A DNA stretch of 64,000 nt from contig JAFTBN010000021.1 in the NCBI GenBank assembly GCA_017455185.1, forward strand, positions 21,897 through 85,896. Reading direction: 5' to 3'. The stretch is from Clostridia bacterium. Its GTDB lineage: Bacteria; Bacillota; Clostridia; Oscillospirales; CAG-272. Below, piece by piece: positions 62,678 to 64,000 of the stretch (its first letter is position 1; each line of letters begins with the position of its first letter). Under the pieces are notes generated by a model. The model was given only the letters and a program-made list of their open reading frames with translations, was not told the origin of the DNA and did not search any database. The translations under genes and the position numbers were made by a program.

Positions 62678-64000
62678 TCACTCGGGACCGGCCGAAGACT
62701 CTGTGACGGGCTCCGTTTCTCCGTCCTCCGGCAAGGGCTGACCGGGCTCTGAATCCCCGCCCTCTTTCTGCTCATCCGACGGGGCCGATGCGTCGTCGGC
62801 GGTCTTTTGCAATTCCTCCTGTTTTTCCCGGAGCATGGCCTCATCGTCCTTTTGCCTGAACCATCCGTTCAGAAGCCCCATGTACAAAAACAGCTGATAG
62901 GTCGCAACCGGTATGCTGATGCCTGTGAAGGCGGATGCGCAATACACAAAGACGGCAACCCCTGCAATCAGCGTACAATCCGAAAGATTCTTCGTATTCT
63001 TCAGGGCAAAGACAAACAGCACAATCAAGGCAAGCAGATACGCCGCAAGCCCGGGAAATCCCAGATTGGCTCCGATTTGCAAATATTCATTGTGTGGAAT
63101 ATCGTAGTTGATATACAACTGAACGTTATCCGTTCCCACTCCCATCAGAGGATGCTCGAGGATGACCTGAATCGTTTTCTTCCACAGTTTTCCGCGTCCG
63201 CTCCCCAGCTTATCCGTCACGGACTGGGCCTCTTCGGACGAAGCGGAATCCGAAGAGATGGCACTGCCTGCCTCCTTCGTTTCCCGGACCAGATAGCCTA
63301 TATCGTCCAGCATCTTGTGCTGATTGACGACAAAACTCAGAAGAATCAGAAGAGCGAACAGCGCAAGAATCGGCCAGGCCTTTTTTATCCCCTTGCGGAC
63401 GATGAAGAGGATGGCGTACAGAACAAATCCGAGCAGCAATGCAAAATACGCGCCGAGCGTCTGATTGTAGAGCATCATGACCGCGTTGATCGCAAAACAC
63501 AGGCCCCATGCCACCTTGGCCTGCCACTTCTGTGCATGCGTGAACAGTCCGACGAGAACCAGCATGGAAACGCACAGGTAGTATCCGTAATGATTGGAAT
63601 TGATGAAGGTCCCGCTGAAGGCTCCGACCATGGAACCGCGGTTCATCAGGAAGGTCGCATGCGCCAGTTCCCTGAGCAGCGTCAGCCCTGCGAGAACCGT
63701 CGAGAAGATGCCGACCGAAGCCAGCAGAATCTTTCTGTATTTCTCATCCCGGATCTGGGAGGCGCACATAAAAATTCCCGCATAAGCGACAAAGGAAACA
63801 AATCCCTCGTATCGGTACGCACCCCCGAAGAAAGCAAGATCGGTATCCAGGGAAATAAAGACGGCCGCGAAAGACCAAAGCAGAAGCCAGGTCAGAATTC
63901 CAACCCAGACCCGCCGGATGAATTCCCGCCGCAGCGCGGCTTTCCCGTGCACAACCACCCGGCAGTAAATATCCACCAGCCAGTTGAGCAACCCCAGAAA
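62678..64000 (-). CDS. O-antigen ligase (Wzy_C) family membrane protein, 5' end possibly outside window
   Basis: Polytopic, with the Wzy_C-type motif PLMGVGTDNV...HNEYLQIGANLGFPGL. The reading frame stays open from the TTG at 63991 to the window edge, so the true start is uncertain. Confidence 0.8.
   Translation of the reverse strand, partial: FLGLLNWLVDIYCRVVVHGKAALRREFIRRVWVGILTWLLLWSFAAVFISLDTDLAFFGGAYRYEGFVSFVAYAGIFMCASQIRDEKYRKILLASVGIFSTVLAGLTLLRELAHATFLMNRGSMVGAFSGTFINSNHYGYYLCVSMLVLVGLFTHAQKWQAKVAWGLCFAINAVMMLYNQTLGAYFALLLGFVLYAILFIVRKGIKKAWPILALFALLILLSFVVNQHKMLDDIGYLVRETKEAGSAISSDSASSEEAQSVTDKLGSGRGKLWKKTIQVILEHPLMGVGTDNVQLYINYDIPHNEYLQIGANLGFPGLAAYLLALIVLFVFALKNTKNLSDCTLIAGVAVFVYCASAFTGISIPVATYQLFLYMGLLNGWFRQKDDEAMLREKQEELQKTADDASAPSDEQKEGGDSEPGQPLPEDGETEPVTESSAGPE

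Noticed and set aside
1-64000. A search for CRISPR arrays, IS elements, integrases, phage genes, toxin-antitoxin pairs, reverse transcriptases, rRNA/tRNA genes, DnaA-box clusters and dif-like sites
   Set aside because: None was found by reading both strands and the ORF track. Isolated near-matches (for example TTATCCACG at about 7983) lie inside coding regions and are not clustered.

Overview
This 64-kb chromosomal window looks like a moderately G+C-rich, endospore-lineage Firmicute, probably Clostridia of the Oscillospiraceae/Ruminococcaceae type. That placement is an inference from spoVG, the DUF512-der linkage, strong GGAGG-type ribosome-binding sites and overall gene content. I support 42 protein-coding genes (the last runs off the right edge), 12 intrinsic terminator-type hairpins and 11 sigma-A-type promoters. 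I see no rRNA, tRNA, CRISPR array, transposase, integrase or phage gene. Housekeeping genes (obg, der, murC, spoVG, pckG, ychF, trmB, truB) are interleaved with glycan-oriented accessory blocks. The best candidate for an undescribed system is the 13.5-kb minus-strand operon at 9208-22714. It encodes an 1177-aa solute-binding-type exoprotein, two complete ABC permease pairs, a 712-aa NHL/TPR/Yip1 membrane protein and a 1258-aa DUF5696-like exoprotein, but no ATPase and no regulator. The second candidate is the 42844-52594 locus. It holds a signal-less GH78-like protein, an MBOAT acyltransferase and a DHHW protein in one operon, divergent from two tandem paralogous GxGYxYP-like lipoproteins. Other observations are a murC-GH78 start/stop overlap, a der-unknown-obg operon, two structured or low-G+C intergenic regions (55.9-56.3 kb and 59.0-59.9 kb), a leader mini-ORF overlapping an SD, and repeated operator-like motifs upstream of the big operon. 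All family names come from motif recognition and memory. No database search was run, so DUF and GH assignments need HMM confirmation.
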